Notes: generated by a model from the letters alone, not told the origin. Positions 24,224-37,417 are shown, numbered from the stretch's first letter. The stretch is DNA of 56,900 nucleotides from Prorocentrum cordatum (GCA_963575745.1 CAUYUJ010000056.1:62001-118900), one strand, 5' to 3'. Made by a program: numbers and translations.

Positions 24224-25506
24224 CTGGGCCGCTCTTTGTGCCAGGGAGCGTTGCCGAGCCTCGAAGTCGCTGCGCAGAGAGGATGGCGAACTCGGCGGCG
24301 TCCGAGAGCGCGATGACGCCGTCGTCCAGAACGAAGCACTTTGCGCCGGGCTCGGTGGTGGACTGCAGACGGCGTGCCAGATGGATGTCCTGGCGCCAGA
24401 TCGCTCGCGAAATCGAGCGTGCTGTGATCACCTGGCCGTCGGCGTGGTTTGTTTTGCCGATCTCTCCAGCTGCGCGGCTGATCCAATCATCGCGAACAAG
24501 ACGGGCAGCCTCAACCATGAGGCGCTCGTGCATGCGCCAGCGGTTCGCGATCGGCAGGTGGGTCGGGACGGTGTGGTCGAGCATCTGCTGGAGGTACTTG
24601 GCGAACGAGGGGTCGCGGAAGATGGCTGGGGGGATTAGCCTGCTCCACTGGCGGCGTCCTCGGCTTGATACCGATGGCGTAGGAGACGATTGCGCGGTCG
24701 CTGAGGAGGCGGTCCGACAGGATGGCAGGGTCGTGAGCGATGCGGATGACCCATGTGGGCTCAAGCAAGGCGCGCGACGGCAAGCTGATGAAGACCCGAT
24801 CGATGGCGGACGCAGTGAAACCGGACTTGTTGAAGCGCGTCGGTAGGTCGGACCCGACCTCCAGCATGCCGTCAAACAGGGCCTTCCAGAACGGCTGTTG
24901 CTGCCGAGCGCTGTTGTTCAGCGCGAGACGGGCGCGCTGCGGCTGCGGCTGGAAGAAGCTGTTCGGCGGGCGGCTGGCAGTGTGGAAGTCGCCCAGGGCA
25001 AGGAAGGTGCGGTGCACGCAGTTGGGGTCCGCCCACGTGCGGTGTTGGTGCCGGGCACGTTGAATGCGATCACGACCCCTGGCGTCGATCTCGTGATGAT
25101 GAACGTTCATGATGACGAGGGCGTTGCAGGTGACTGCGTTGGTGACGGCGACGATCTGGGCGCGGCCTTTGACGAGCTCCTCGTGGGCGAGGAGCGGGAG
25201 CTGGGACGGCTGCAGCTGTTCCAGCTGCGCGCGCGTGAGCCACGGGACGAGGGTGGCCGCGCCGCCCGTGCCAGCGCGCGCGTCATCGGCGGACTCGTCG
25301 ACGAACTGCGAAAAGAAGAGCTAGCACGGGTAAGGCTGGGTGTCGACCCACGTGCGGAGAAGCTTCTCCGAGCCATGGACCTCCTGTAGGACAATGACAG
25401 CGCGCTGGCGCACGTACTGCTGCAGAGCTACTTGTTTGCGACGGCGCATCGGGCGCTTGTGGCACATGAGCGCGCGGGCGTCCCAGGTGATGAACGAGCA
25501 GGGCAT
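24189..25506 (-). pseudogene. LINE APE-type endonuclease domain split across several frames
   Basis: ITWDARAL (TWN motif), VLQEVH, NVH, LGDFH (GDFN), IDRVF and LSDR (SDH) in ORFs 25321-25935, 24511-25110, 24189-24875. Confidence 0.85.
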
Positions 25507-25543
25507 GTTGTCCTCGACTGGCTTCCACGGTGCCCAGGGGTGG

Positions 25544-27423
25544 CTAAACCCGCCACGTTGCCTCAGCCGTGTCCGCGAAGAGCGCCTGGAAAGGAGTAAG
25601 GACGGCACTGCGACCGATGTCGTGGAAGTGAGCGAGCTCGAAGGCCTTCTCGTTCCACTCCAAGATGGCCGGGCCGGCTTGGCCCTTGACGTCCAGGCGC
25701 ACGACGGGCATGGCGTTGCAGTGGATCTCGCCCTTGGTGCGATAGGCCTTCCAAGCCTTTTGCGGATATCGATGCTGGAGAAGTTGGAGGAGTTCCTTGC
25801 ACTGGATCTCGGTGCGGATCTGCTTGGGGGCTTTGTCGGGGTTGAAGTAGATGGCTGTCGGCGCGCCCGTGGTGTCCGTTGATGTGAATCGCTTCCACTT
25901 CCCTGCGGCGTCACGAAGGGCTCGAGAGAGAGCAAGAGCCCGAGGAACTGCGAGGGCGCGATCTCCTCTCACTTGAAGAATGAAGCAGCGTGCAGGCTCA
26001 TCTTCATATAGCTCGACGGCGTCCGTGTCCAGGTTGGCAGACGCGATCCACTCATGCAGGTCGTTGAGAAGCACGCCAGGCGCGATGGGGCGTTGGGCTC
26101 CGATGGTGAAGATCGTCGGGTCGATCGCGCGGTCCCAGTCGGCGAGCCTGGCGAGGTCCGCGATCGGCGCTTGGGCCTCGGCGAGCGCGAGCGTCTCGCG
26201 CATCTGGTCGATCTGCTGCCACGTCCCTTGCTGGTCTGCAGCTTGTCGGTCCAGTTCGCGGCGGGTTCTAGCGACGACATCATGAAGGGCATCGGCTCGG
26301 CGTTCAGTGGCTTGTACTTGCTGTGTGAGAAGTTGACGAAGGCTTTCTCTGGATTGATGAAGTAGCTGATTGGCTTGCGCTTGGAAGGTGCTTGCTGCAT
26401 GTGCGCCTTGTGATTACATGAGTCTTGTAATGATTTGTCCAGGTCTGGGTCCAGCCCAGGGGGGCGAACAGGCTCAGGCGCAGGGCGTGGCTTGCTCGGC
26501 TTCAGCATGATGCGCGGCGGCGGCTCCTCCAGCGGTTGGTGGTGGTCCATGGCCGCGTGCCGCAGCAGCGTGAGCATATGTGGCTGCGCCTCCTTCGCGC
26601 CAAGGATCTGCTGCTCCTGCCAATGGATCGGGACGAGGTGCTACCGCGGGCTGCTGTGCATGAGGTTCAGTCCAGATACCATCGCGATATTGTTGAGGAG
26701 CAGCGTCGGCGGCAGCGCGTGGAGGATCGCGCGGTTCTTCTTCTCCAGTGCCCATGGCGAAGGTGGGCGTCTGCTGCGACTGGCGGGCTGGAGATCTGCC
26801 TGTTCGAGCTTCCTGTCCCGATGCTCTCCCCGAGCGTGACCCGGCTGGCTGCGAAGGGAAACCGTGGTCACCGTGGGTCGCCGCGGTATCGCGTGCAGCT
26901 GATGCACGGAAACCTTTATCTTCGCGCTCATGGGGTCCTCGAGGTGCGCGGTCAGATTCGCGACGTGGTCTTTCGCGGCGACGGTCTTTTCTTCGGCGGC
27001 TGACTGAGGGGGCTCCGCGTGAGGTAGATCGCTCTTCACTGGGGGACATGGCTGCGAATCGACGGGCGCTGAGCTGTTATGTGCTGCACCACTTACCAAC
27101 CTGAACCCGATGCCACTGCGTAGCTGCTGATGGCGCTGCTGCTGGGGAACGACAACGTCGACGCCCAGCGGGATATGGACCCGGAGCTCGGCGACGGAAG
27201 TCGGGCTGAGGCCCAGCTGTCGCCCGGAGACGGAGGTCTGGCCGATGGGCCGGGCAATGTGGAGGACAGCTTGCAATGCCAAGACTATGGGCAGGAATGG
27301 GCGGCCGCAAGCCCCTGATAGTAGCGGCAGGAAGCGCGAGTGCCAGCTCGCCCCTGGTTGTGGCTGGGAAATGACGGGGTCTGTCCTCGGCTCAGAGGTC
27401 TCCGCGCGGCCGCAAGGCGACAT
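25544..27423 (-). pseudogene. LINE ORF1 region, frameshifted
   Basis: Sits between the SL relic and ORF2; 25544-26203 reads as a globular domain (IYFNPDKAPKQIRTEIQCKEL); upstream pieces are in other frames. Confidence 0.6.
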
Positions 27424-27428
27424 GGTGA

Positions 27429-27450
27429 CTTGAGCCGAAATGGCTGCGGA
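27429..27450 (-). other. Dinoflagellate spliced-leader (DinoSL) relic at the LINE 5' end
   Basis: Minus strand reads TCCGCAGCCATTTCGGCTCAAG versus DinoSL DCCGTAGCCATTTTGGCTCAAG (20/22, both differences T->C); followed by TCACC-ATG (27423). Confidence 0.9.
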
Positions 27451-28027
27451 AGGAGGAGGTGGGGGAGGAAGAGATAGAGGAGGAAGGAGAAGGGGGGGGA
27501 TGAGGCCCCGTTGATGATGATGATGAGGAGGAGGAGGAAGGGGAAGAAGCCACTGGCCCAGGCGGGCTAGCCGTCGTCGTCGGGGCGGGCCAGGGTCGGT
27601 CGTCGTTCCACCCTCCCCCCCCCCCTTCGCGCGGCCTTCCCTTGGGCTGGGGCTCGCGCGCCGCGGCGGGCCATCGCCGCCGCCGCGTCGGCGCCCCCGC
27701 GGCGAGGAGGCGCAGCCGCTGCGTTTCAGGCCTGGCGGCCACGAGGCCTCGCGAGGGGCCTGAGCCTGCCTGGCACCGCAGGCAGCGCAGCAAGAGGGCA
27801 GCAGCGCGCGTGCTGCTCAGAGTGCTGGTTGCCGCCTCGACCTTGGCCGAGCACCACAGCACCATGGCACCTGAGCAGCCCGCTGGCGCTGCGCCTAGTG
27901 CTGGCCAGAGGAAGAAGTCCTCGGGCCCAGCCGTCGGGGAGAGCCCCTGGCCGCGGCGAGCGCAGCGTGCGCGCAGCGCCCAGCGCAACCAGCAGCACCA
28001 GACCAGCACTGGATAAAATCAGCAGCA

Positions 28028-28738
28028 GTGGCAGGGTCTGCTTGGCCCCAAGGCCAGCGGCAGCACAGCAACTGGCAGGAGGACACGCCTGCCGACAGGC
28101 GCAGGCGCAGCCGCCGCCCAACAGGCACCGCGGCCGCAACAGCAGGCCAGCAGGCGCCGCAGCCCCAGCAGCAGAGCGGCTTCACCGAGAAACAGCGCGC
28201 CGTCCTCGACATGGTGCTGCCCATGTCCTACGAGGAGGCGCAAGGGCACGAGTCGTGGAGCTCGCCGCCGCCAGACCCGGAGATGCTCGAGGTCTGGCGG
28301 AGGACCCGCAGCCAGCGCCTCGCCAGGCTGGCGGACAACATCGCGGGAGCGCGGTCCGCAGGTGCTGCGCTCGACAACATGGGATATGAGGCGGCGGCCA
28401 CGGCGGAGAACATCACGCTCGTGATCCCGCCGAAGGAGAGACTGCGCCAGCCGCGCTCCACCTTGGAGCTGGCCGAGGAGGAGCTCGCCAGCCTCCAGGC
28501 CAGGATCGCGGCACAGCTGGACGAGGAGGCGCAGGCCACCAAAGTCGCGCGGATCTACAGGGTGCTGATCCGGGAGACCAAGGACATGATGGCGAGAACC
28601 GCGGCCAGCGGCCCGCCTTCGGAGTCCGAGGCCGAAGGCGACGCGGAAGCCTCTGGCCGAAGCGGAGTCGGAGGCCGAGGCCGAGCGCAGACGCCGCATC
28701 CAGCGGCAGCCAGGCCCTCCAGGCCGCCTCTGGCATAA
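28028..28738 (+). CDS. Hypothetical protein fragment with coiled-coil segment
   Basis: Protein-like helical stretch STLELAEEELASLQARIAAQLDEEAQATKVARIYRVLIRETKDMM with GC-ending codons; no family recognised. Confidence 0.4.
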   Translation: MAGSAWPQGQRQHSNWQEDTPADRRRRSRRPTGTAAATAGQQAPQPQQQSGFTEKQRAVLDMVLPMSYEEAQGHESWSSPPPDPEMLEVWRRTRSQRLARLADNIAGARSAGAALDNMGYEAAATAENITLVIPPKERLRQPRSTLELAEEELASLQARIAAQLDEEAQATKVARIYRVLIRETKDMMARTAASGPPSESEAEGDAEASGRSGVGGRGRAQTPHPAAARPSRPPLA

Positions 28739-28846
28739 GGCCCTGGGCCCCCGCCCAAGGCAGCAGCCCGCCCAAGGCCGCCAGCTGCCCCTCAGCCTGC
28801 CGGCCACCAAGAGGAGGCAGCCAAGCTACGCAGCCGCGAACAGGCC

Positions 28847-29803
28847 ATGGCCCAGAAGACCTTGCGCGCGGTCTCCGAGCAGCTGGAGCGCCAGCAGCGA
28901 GGCCACGAGCGCGAGGTTGAGGCTGTCAGGAGTGCCGCTCACCGCGAGCTCGAGCACGAGCAGGCCGCCTGCCGCAAGTGGCAGAGCGGGAACAAGCAGC
29001 ACCAGCAGGAGGAGGCAGGCGCAGCGCTTCAGCAGCTGCAGCGCCACCTCGCCACGCAGGCCCAGGAGGCGCTCCAGGGGCAGAAGAGGAGCTCCGAGCA
29101 GGAAACGCGTGCCATGATGGAGGCAGCGAACAGGGCTCGGCGAGGCGAGGGGCAGCGCCTGCAGCTGGCGCGCCAGGAGCGCGAGCGCCGCCACCGGACA
29201 CGCGCCGAACTGGAGAGCGAAGCGCTAGCCTTGGCCCAGCAGGCGCGAGCTTCGGAGGCGCGGCGCGCCGTGGAACTGGGCCACCAGGAGGCTCGGGCAG
29301 GTCAGGAGATGATGGCAGCGCACCTCGAGCTCCAGACGAGGCAAGCGGCCATGGGGGCGCACCACTCGCAGCAGGAGAGGCGGCTCGTCGCGTTTGGCAT
29401 GGAGCAGGCCGAGGCCCACCAGCAGGGCAAGCGGCGCCTCGAGGAGGGGGCCTGGCAGGCATTGGCAGGCGTGCGAAGGCCATCGGAGGAGCACCGCGCC
29501 AGCAACCGCCGCCTCGAGCAGCAGGCGGAGCAGGCGCCGCGCGACGCCTTCCAGCACCTGCAGTGGGTCCATCACGACAACGCGAGGATGCACTGGGAGC
29601 TGCAGGCCCGCCACGAGCAGGAGACGGCGGCGCTCAGAAGCGCTCTCAGGCACGCCCTGGGCGAGTTTTGGATGACGGGCGACGCGCCGGAGCTCGGCGC
29701 AGGGGGGGAGCTGAATCCGTCGCCCCTGTCCGTTGAAGCCTCGGGGGCCAAGGCGGCCCCAAGAGGATCCCAAACGCCCCGCAGAGCCCCGAAGGGCCCC
29801 TAG
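28847..29803 (+). CDS. Hypothetical Q/E/A/R-rich coiled-coil protein (same frame as the preceding ORF, possibly one disrupted gene)
   Basis: 318 aa open frame dominated by CAG/GAG/GCG codons with heptad-like composition. Confidence 0.45.
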   Translation: MAQKTLRAVSEQLERQQRGHEREVEAVRSAAHRELEHEQAACRKWQSGNKQHQQEEAGAALQQLQRHLATQAQEALQGQKRSSEQETRAMMEAANRARRGEGQRLQLARQERERRHRTRAELESEALALAQQARASEARRAVELGHQEARAGQEMMAAHLELQTRQAAMGAHHSQQERRLVAFGMEQAEAHQQGKRRLEEGAWQALAGVRRPSEEHRASNRRLEQQAEQAPRDAFQHLQWVHHDNARMHWELQARHEQETAALRSALRHALGEFWMTGDAPELGAGGELNPSPLSVEASGAKAAPRGSQTPRRAPKGP

Positions 29804-30689
29804 ACCCCCAAAGCAGCGACAAGCGGGCTCCAATGGCGCCCCAGCTTGCTCCGTGAGGACACCAAGAGAGACCCGATATGGCCCCTGAGAGACCCCGAGA
29901 AAACGCATTCAGGGCGGCTTTTGCACTGCGCGTGTCTAAACTTCCCTGGCCATGGCAACTCGCCAGACGATATGTTTCTGGGCGGGTTGGCGGGTTGATT
30001 TTTGTTTAATCGGCGGCCGCGGGCGAGCGCGCCAGCGGCGAGCCCAGTCAGAACGGGGCGCGCAAAGACGAATTAGCCTAAAGCGGTGGGCCGAAGCCTC
30101 GCGCTGTACCTCAGCGGCCAGGCCGGCGAGCGGGAAGGGGCTGACAGCACCTGCTGAAGAGCTGCACTGCCAGGGTGCACGCATGCAACGCGCCGCGAGG
30201 AGGGGCTGGCTGCCAGGGTGGACGGCGGCCAGGGCCTGCGAGCTGCCAGGATATTGAATGCAGGGGCGTAGGCGCCCATGGGACTGCGGAGGTACCAGGG
30301 TGGCCGAAGCCAAGAGAACCGACTGCCACAAGCAGAATTGCGCGCCCAGCGGGGGCGCGAGCATCAGCAAGCTGCGGAGCACCAGGGCGGCCGAGGCCAG
30401 GAGGCCCAACAGCAGCGGATCGCAAGAAAGCGAGTGACTTGAGCAACCGAAGCTGCAGCGCGGCCAAAATGGCGCGTAGGGGCGCCACGGGGGGGCCGGG
30501 GAAGCAACTCAGAGAAGCCCGAGCAGCGGGCCGAGGCCTGGCGGGTGCAAGAGGTGGCGCCAGCGAAGTCGCGCAAAAAGGGTTGGAGGGTAGACGCGAA
30601 GCGCCAGCAATTTTTCACTCGAGCCAAGCAAGGTCGACGTCATATCCCAGCGGGAAAAACCATTCCCATGTTCAGCTCACCAGATCCGT

Positions 30690-31200
30690 CCTGCCCCATG
30701 GTTTCACACACATGGCGATGCTTCCCCACTGCGAAGGGGAGAAATCACGCGCAACATCCATGTACCAATCTTCAGAATTGCTGGCTGCATCCCGACTGCC
30801 GTACATTGGTTTCATCAATGTTGCACACATGTTTGCTTCACGATCATCTCGAGTAGTCTGATGAAGGTTTTCTTATTGGACTTGGTGTGAAAAGTTCGCC
30901 CGTCTAACGTCTATAAACGCCAACTCTAGTCCTGTCTCACGCGCCCCACGATCAGCGCGTGGATTTCCAATGGGGGTGTGGCTGCAAAGATGTTCTTCTC
31001 TTTGGAATGTGACTTAACTTGTTGAGCCAAAAGACGGGATCGGTACTCACGTCTCGCCCCCCTTATTGATGTCACCACCTCGTGCCACTGCGGGCTTTGC
31101 CAGCAACCGCCCAACATTCCTCCTCTTTTTATACGTTCGTGAACCTCACGTTTCTTAATGGCTCCATCTCCTCCTCGCGGGTTCTTAACGTGAGTTCTGG
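30690..31200 (-). pseudogene. Ty1/Copia reverse transcriptase remnant
   Basis: YRSRLLAQQVK..IFAATPPLE; then AFIDVRRA (~30895-30922) and LMKPMYGSRDAASN (~30776-30820); broken by stops and frameshifts. Confidence 0.8.
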
Positions 31201-32622
31201 ATTGAGCTTACTCCCGCACACACATCATCCCACGCTTGTGCTTTCCATGTTCGCGATGAACTTCGCATATGTCACCTCTGGTAATTGTTTGCGCCTCATC
31301 AGCACTCTCACGCGCCTCTCACGTCCCGGGGTTTGTAACCACCCTTTGGTGTTGGCACGCCCCACAAATCCATTGGCGCATTTCGTGGCGACGGTGCGCG
31401 CTCCTCCTCTGAATTCTCTCCTCCGCTCTGATCTCGCTAAACCCCCTGTCCTCGACCACCTGGCCAGCGTCCAAAACCCTACGTAGGCAGGCCCTCCATG
31501 TGGGCCCGGAAATCCCTTAAAGCATGGGACACGATGTGCCGTAATCTGTTCTTGCCCAAGCTGAAATGGGTCAGTTTCCACTCGTTTGATTCGTGTCCGA
31601 CCTCGTTAATTTATGCTCCTCCATCTGGTTCATTCCAATTGACCAAATGGACCTCAAGATCACAAGCTCTGAATGAACGCCCTAACCCGTCATCGGCCCT
31701 CATCTGGTTCACTAGGCCCTGAGGTGTAGCTCGACACAGTCGTTCTGGGTACATCTCCTCTGGATATGTCCTCCAGTTAACTCAGTGCGCTGGCGCTGGC
31801 CTTGACATGTCGCGCCGAAGGTGTTCCAATGCATGGGGCTGTTCGCCATGAGCCGCGCGGGTTTCTTCATGACCCCCTCCTCATTTTAACGCTTGTTTCA
31901 GGTCATAACAACGAAAATCGCCATCGCATGTCTGCGCGTGGTCGTGCTCTAACATTGCCTGCATTGGCGACGCGGTCCAACTTGAAGCACCCGAAGAGTG
32001 TTCGAAGAGAAAATAACGCCTACTGATTCTCACGTACTTCCAACGCAAACTTGAAGCGTTCAACCGCATAACCTATCATTTCCCCCATTCGTTCTAGCCC
32101 AAGCCTTTTTCGAATTGAAGGCCTGGAATCTGCGAAAGGCTGCGCTATTCGCACCCGGCGCACCCCGCCCAGGGCTCTCCAGCGCGTCGCGAGGCGAGCG
32201 TTTCCGGCGCGATCGCCCCCGATGGCCGGGGCCGCCCCTGGCAGCCTTCACTGCGCTGCGGCGCGGCGCCCCAATCTCGGGGAAAGCGCAGCGTCTCTAG
32301 AAAAAGAACAAACGCCATAGATATAACCCTTTGACGCTCCGCGCGAATTTCTTGGACTCGTGCTGGACCCCTAGGCCCTAGGCGCGGATTCAGGAAATCC
32401 GCGCGGAGCGCCAACACATTCTGTTTATGTTTACGTGTTTTTTCTTCTTCGACCCATCCCTGGGGAGACGCAACATCTCACAAACATTTCGCTAATTTCC
32501 GGTTGCGGACGCGCGCTCCCTGCTGCCGTCGCAGGGCGCACCGCCAGGTCTTGGCCTTCACGGCCCTCCTGGCCCTCTGGAGCGGCAGGGGCCGGACCGA
32601 GAACTCGAAGGGCAGCAGGAGG

Positions 32623-33285
32623 TTTTTCCCAACCATCCTGTGGTGTTGGGTCCTCGTTTTGAAAAGACAATCCCCGCGTTCCCTCCTTCCTTCCTCCTCC
32701 TCCTCCCTCCTCCCTGCGTTTCACCCACCCAGTACAACGTTTCGTGGCCCCATAGGGAGCTCCGCCGAAGCCCCCAGTGGGACCGTCCGGGACGCATGAA
32801 TTTGTCGCTTTCACCCACCCAGTACAGCGTCTCGTGGCCCCATAGGGAGCTCCACCGAAGCCCCAAGTGGGACCGTCCAGGACGCATGAATTTGTCGCTT
32901 TCACCCACCCAGTACAGCGTCTCGTGGCCCCATAGGGAGCTCCACCGAAGCCCCCAGTGGGACCGTCCGCATGCGTCCCGGAAACCCAATTTGGCATTTT
33001 CAACCACCCAGTACAGCGCTTCGTGGCCCCATAGGGTGTTCCACCGAGGCCCTCAGTGGGACCGCCCGTATGCGCCCCACACACCCAATTTGGCATTTTC
33101 GCCCATCCAGTGCAGCGTTTCGTGGCCCCATAAGGAGCTCCACCGACGGCCTCAGTGCTAGCGCCCGCCTGCGTTCCCCCCCACCCAGTGCAGCGCTTCG
33201 TGGCCCCATGGGGAGCTTCACCGAAGAAGATATTCACAATCGCGGCACCCACAACTGCATATGGTTGGGTCCTTCGCCAGGATAT
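32623..33285 (-). repeat. ~90-99-bp satellite array with purine-rich spacer and TTCAAAACGA-hairpin terminus
   Basis: gtggccccataggg anchors at ~32745, 32835, 32925, 33023, 33122, 33200; terminal motif 32623-32663; CCCAACCAT (32628-32636) is inverted to ATGGTTGGG (33261-33269). Confidence 0.8.
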
Positions 33286-34095
33286 TTTTGTTTGGATTGC
33301 GGGGCTGAGGGAGCATGAAGCCTGTCAGCGGAGAAGTGGCACACACCTAGACAAACAAAAACGTAGCTGAACCCCAAACAATGTAAGAAAGCATCGACTG
33401 AGGAAAACAATACTAGTGAGAATATTCGGCACGGGCCCCAAGGATTCAAATCCAGACAATGCGAAGGGACCCCCGCAACGAAGCGGACGGGACGCGTTGA
33501 ACCGAAGCGCTGAATCCAGAACTCCCTCCCGAATCCTTTCTTGAACCCCCAATATCCACAGCAGGCAGCTTGGCAGGAGGAGTGGGAAGGAGGGTGAAGG
33601 AAGAACGAACTGCAGGAGCAGTGACATGACAATGGTTCAGCGCAGCTCCAAGAAATCCGCGCGGACCGCCACAAGTTTGTGTTTTTTTGCTGCTGATTCT
33701 TCGATGAGAGGAGGAGGAGGAGGAGGAGGAGGAGGAGGAGGAGGAGAAGGAGGAGGAGGAGGAGGAGGAGGACGAGGAGGAGGAGGAGGAAGAGGAGGAG
33801 AAGGAGCAGGAGCAGCAGTGGACTGAGGAGAAGGAGCAGGAGGAGGAGGAGGAATAGGAGGGGAGGAGGAATGACGAGGAAGGGAGAGGAATGATAAGTG
33901 ACGCAGAAGAGCGACACGAGTGCATCGGATTTCTCGGGCTGGTGCTGGATCCCCCCCCCTGGCGCGCGGAGAGCGCCGGGGTCGGTGCCGAGGGCGCCGC
34001 GAGGGGGGGGCCCGGTGCCGTCCCAAGACATCTCCGCGGGCCTCCGAAAGCCTCACCAGCACTCTGGGAGTACATACGTAGATGGTCTAACAAGT

Positions 34096-35146
34096 GGCTG
34101 ATGGGGATACTTTTTAGTCAGCGGCCGCAGGCGAGCGCGCCAGCGGCGAGTCCAGTCAAAGCGGGGCACGCAGCAACAAATTCACCTAACGCAGCGGGGC
34201 GCAGCCACACCGAAAGTTCTTTCTGACATCTTCCAAAACGAAGCTTCCCTTCGGGGAGGGGCCCCCTCCCCCTCCCCTCCCCGGGGGTCTGGACTGGGCG
34301 GGGGGGCGGGCGGGTTGGAGCGCCCAAAATGGCCAGAGATAGGTACAATAGGGCCTCCGATGCTACAAGAGGGGCTCCAAGATGGCTCAAGATAGCCTGA
34401 GGTGGCTCAAGATGGCTTCCGACATGCTCCAATAAGCTCCAAAAGCCGCTCCAAGACGGTTCCAAGTGCTCTCGGAGCCCCCTTTTCAGGACCCCCCAAA
34501 AAAGGGCCAAATCCAAAAAAACAAACTTAGGGGCACATTGATGTGTGTTTTCTCGCTGTGTTGCTTGTCCAAAGCGGCCCCAGGTGCGCCCAATATCGGC
34601 CAAAGAGCGCCACAAGAGGCGAACGATTTTGGTAGTGGCCAGGGGGGAGGCAAATCGAGGAACGCCCTTCTTTCACTGATAGCCTTCAAGATGGCCTCAA
34701 GAGGCCCTCCAGGGCTCCCAAGAGGGCCCAAGACGGCCCCAAGAGCGTCCCACGAGGGCCCCAAGAGGCGGTTACTTCTGCTCCTCCTCCTCCTCCTCCT
34801 CCTCCTCCTCCTCCTCCTCCTCCTCCTCCTCCTCCTCCTCCTCCTCCTCCTCCTCCTCCCCTCGCCCCCCCGCGGGCCCCAGGGATGGCCAGAAGAGACC
34901 CTCCAAGGGCACCCCGTTATTTCCCGAGATCTCTCTGTTTATCCTGATTGCCCGCTCTGTTTCACTATATGTGTCTCTGCGTCCCTTTCCCCGTCAGCTC
35001 TCATGGACAGGATTTCTGCACGACGGGCTGATGGGGATACTTTTTAGTCAGCGGCCGCAGGCGAGCGCGCCAGCGGCGAGTCCAGTCAAAGCGGGGCACG
35101 CAGCGACAAATTCACCTAACGCAGCGGGGCGCAGCCACACCGAAAG
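34096..35146 (+). repeat. 121-bp direct repeats (34096-34216, 35026-35146) flanking ~810 bp; diverged relative at ~30005-30200
   Basis: ggctgatggggatac...cacaccgaaag occurs twice with one mismatch. Confidence 0.9.
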
Positions 35147-35689
35147 CGACTAGGCGGAGCCTCACGCAGCACCTCAGCGGTGGACCGGCGAGTGGAGGGG
35201 GCTGGCTGAAACTGAGTCGTACTGCCAGCGTGCAGGTATGCAAGGCGTCGGAGCTGCTGGGGATACTCGAAGCGTGAAGAAAGTATGCTTGTGCTGTCTC
35301 ATGAGGGGGAACGATATGGGGGGGCTGGCTCAGAGGGGGGGGCCATCGAGCTTGAATCAACGGTGCATCGCAGGTCGACCGACGATAGGCCCCCGATCGC
35401 GAAACCGCACGTTCCTGGGCGGTGTGGGCTGTCGGGCCCCTATCGGCAAGGAAGGGTCGATGCAGGGTCGATGCGCTACCCTCTGAACCTATCCCCCCCG
35501 AACGTTGCTACGGATGCCTGTTCTTCCAGAAAAGACAAAAAGACCTTGTCGCCCAGCTGGCGTGCTCGTCGCGGAAGACCGCGAATCCGTCGCCCAGCGC
35601 CTATCCCCAGGGGCCGAAAGCGGTGCAAGCCCGCGCGGAGGGATAATCGACGAGAGGCATGCGATGTTGCCACCCCCCTGACTCCCTGG

Positions 35690-36917
<1,228 letters not shown>

Positions 36918-37388
36918 CATCGCGACGCTCAACCAGGCCAGGACATTTTGTGTCTCGGGCCAGGCAGGTCGAGCAGGACAGGACGGGCCACGCTCCAAGC
37001 TCGGCGGAGGGGAGGGGGGCGAACGAACGGCACGACGCACACGGCACAAGCACACACCACAACACAACACCACACCGAACGAAAGAGGAAGAGAGAAAAG
37101 AAGGGAGGCAGCGGGCGGGTCCGAAAAAGGCTTGGGCCGGGGCGGTGGCAGATGCAAGCACCGCGCGGCCCTCCCACGCTCTGCGATTACTCTTCTAGAA
37201 CTCCCCATCGCGACGCTCAACCAGGCCAGGACATTCTGTGTGTCTCAGGCCAGGCAGGTCGAGCAGGACAGGACGGGCCACGCTCCAAACTCGGCGGAGG
37301 GGAGGGGGGCGAACGAACGGCACGACGCACACGGCACAAGCACACACCACAACACAACACCACACCGAACGAGAGAGGAAGAGAGAAA
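36918..37388 (-). repeat. 3' split direct repeat block B1-A2-B2
   Basis: Two ~180-bp B copies (catcgcgacgctcaaccagg...gaggaagagagaaa) enclose the ~88-bp A copy (tccgaaaaaggcttggg...ctagaactcc). Confidence 0.95.
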
Positions 37389-37417
37389 CCCAAGTCACCC
37401 CGAATGGGATTCTGGCA

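Larger units (their letters stand above)
21680..27450 (-). mobile_element. Full-length, frameshifted LINE (APE endonuclease + RT + C-terminal zinc finger; L1/Tx1-like architecture)
   Basis: ORF1 region, then ORF2 from ATG 25506 to stop 21770; 5' spliced-leader relic; (TCC)n tracts on both sides on the minus strand. Confidence 0.9.

Noticed and set aside
31022..31037. SL-like TTTTGGCTCAA on the minus strand (also TGGCTCAAG at ~51779 and ~34383)
   Set aside because: Only short partial matches, lying inside Copia RT coding remnants or the CCAAGA repeat.
34096..34216. Hammerhead ribozyme (ctgatgg...cgaaa)
   Set aside because: CUGANGA core is not met and no compatible stems were found; the satellite units also lack the core.
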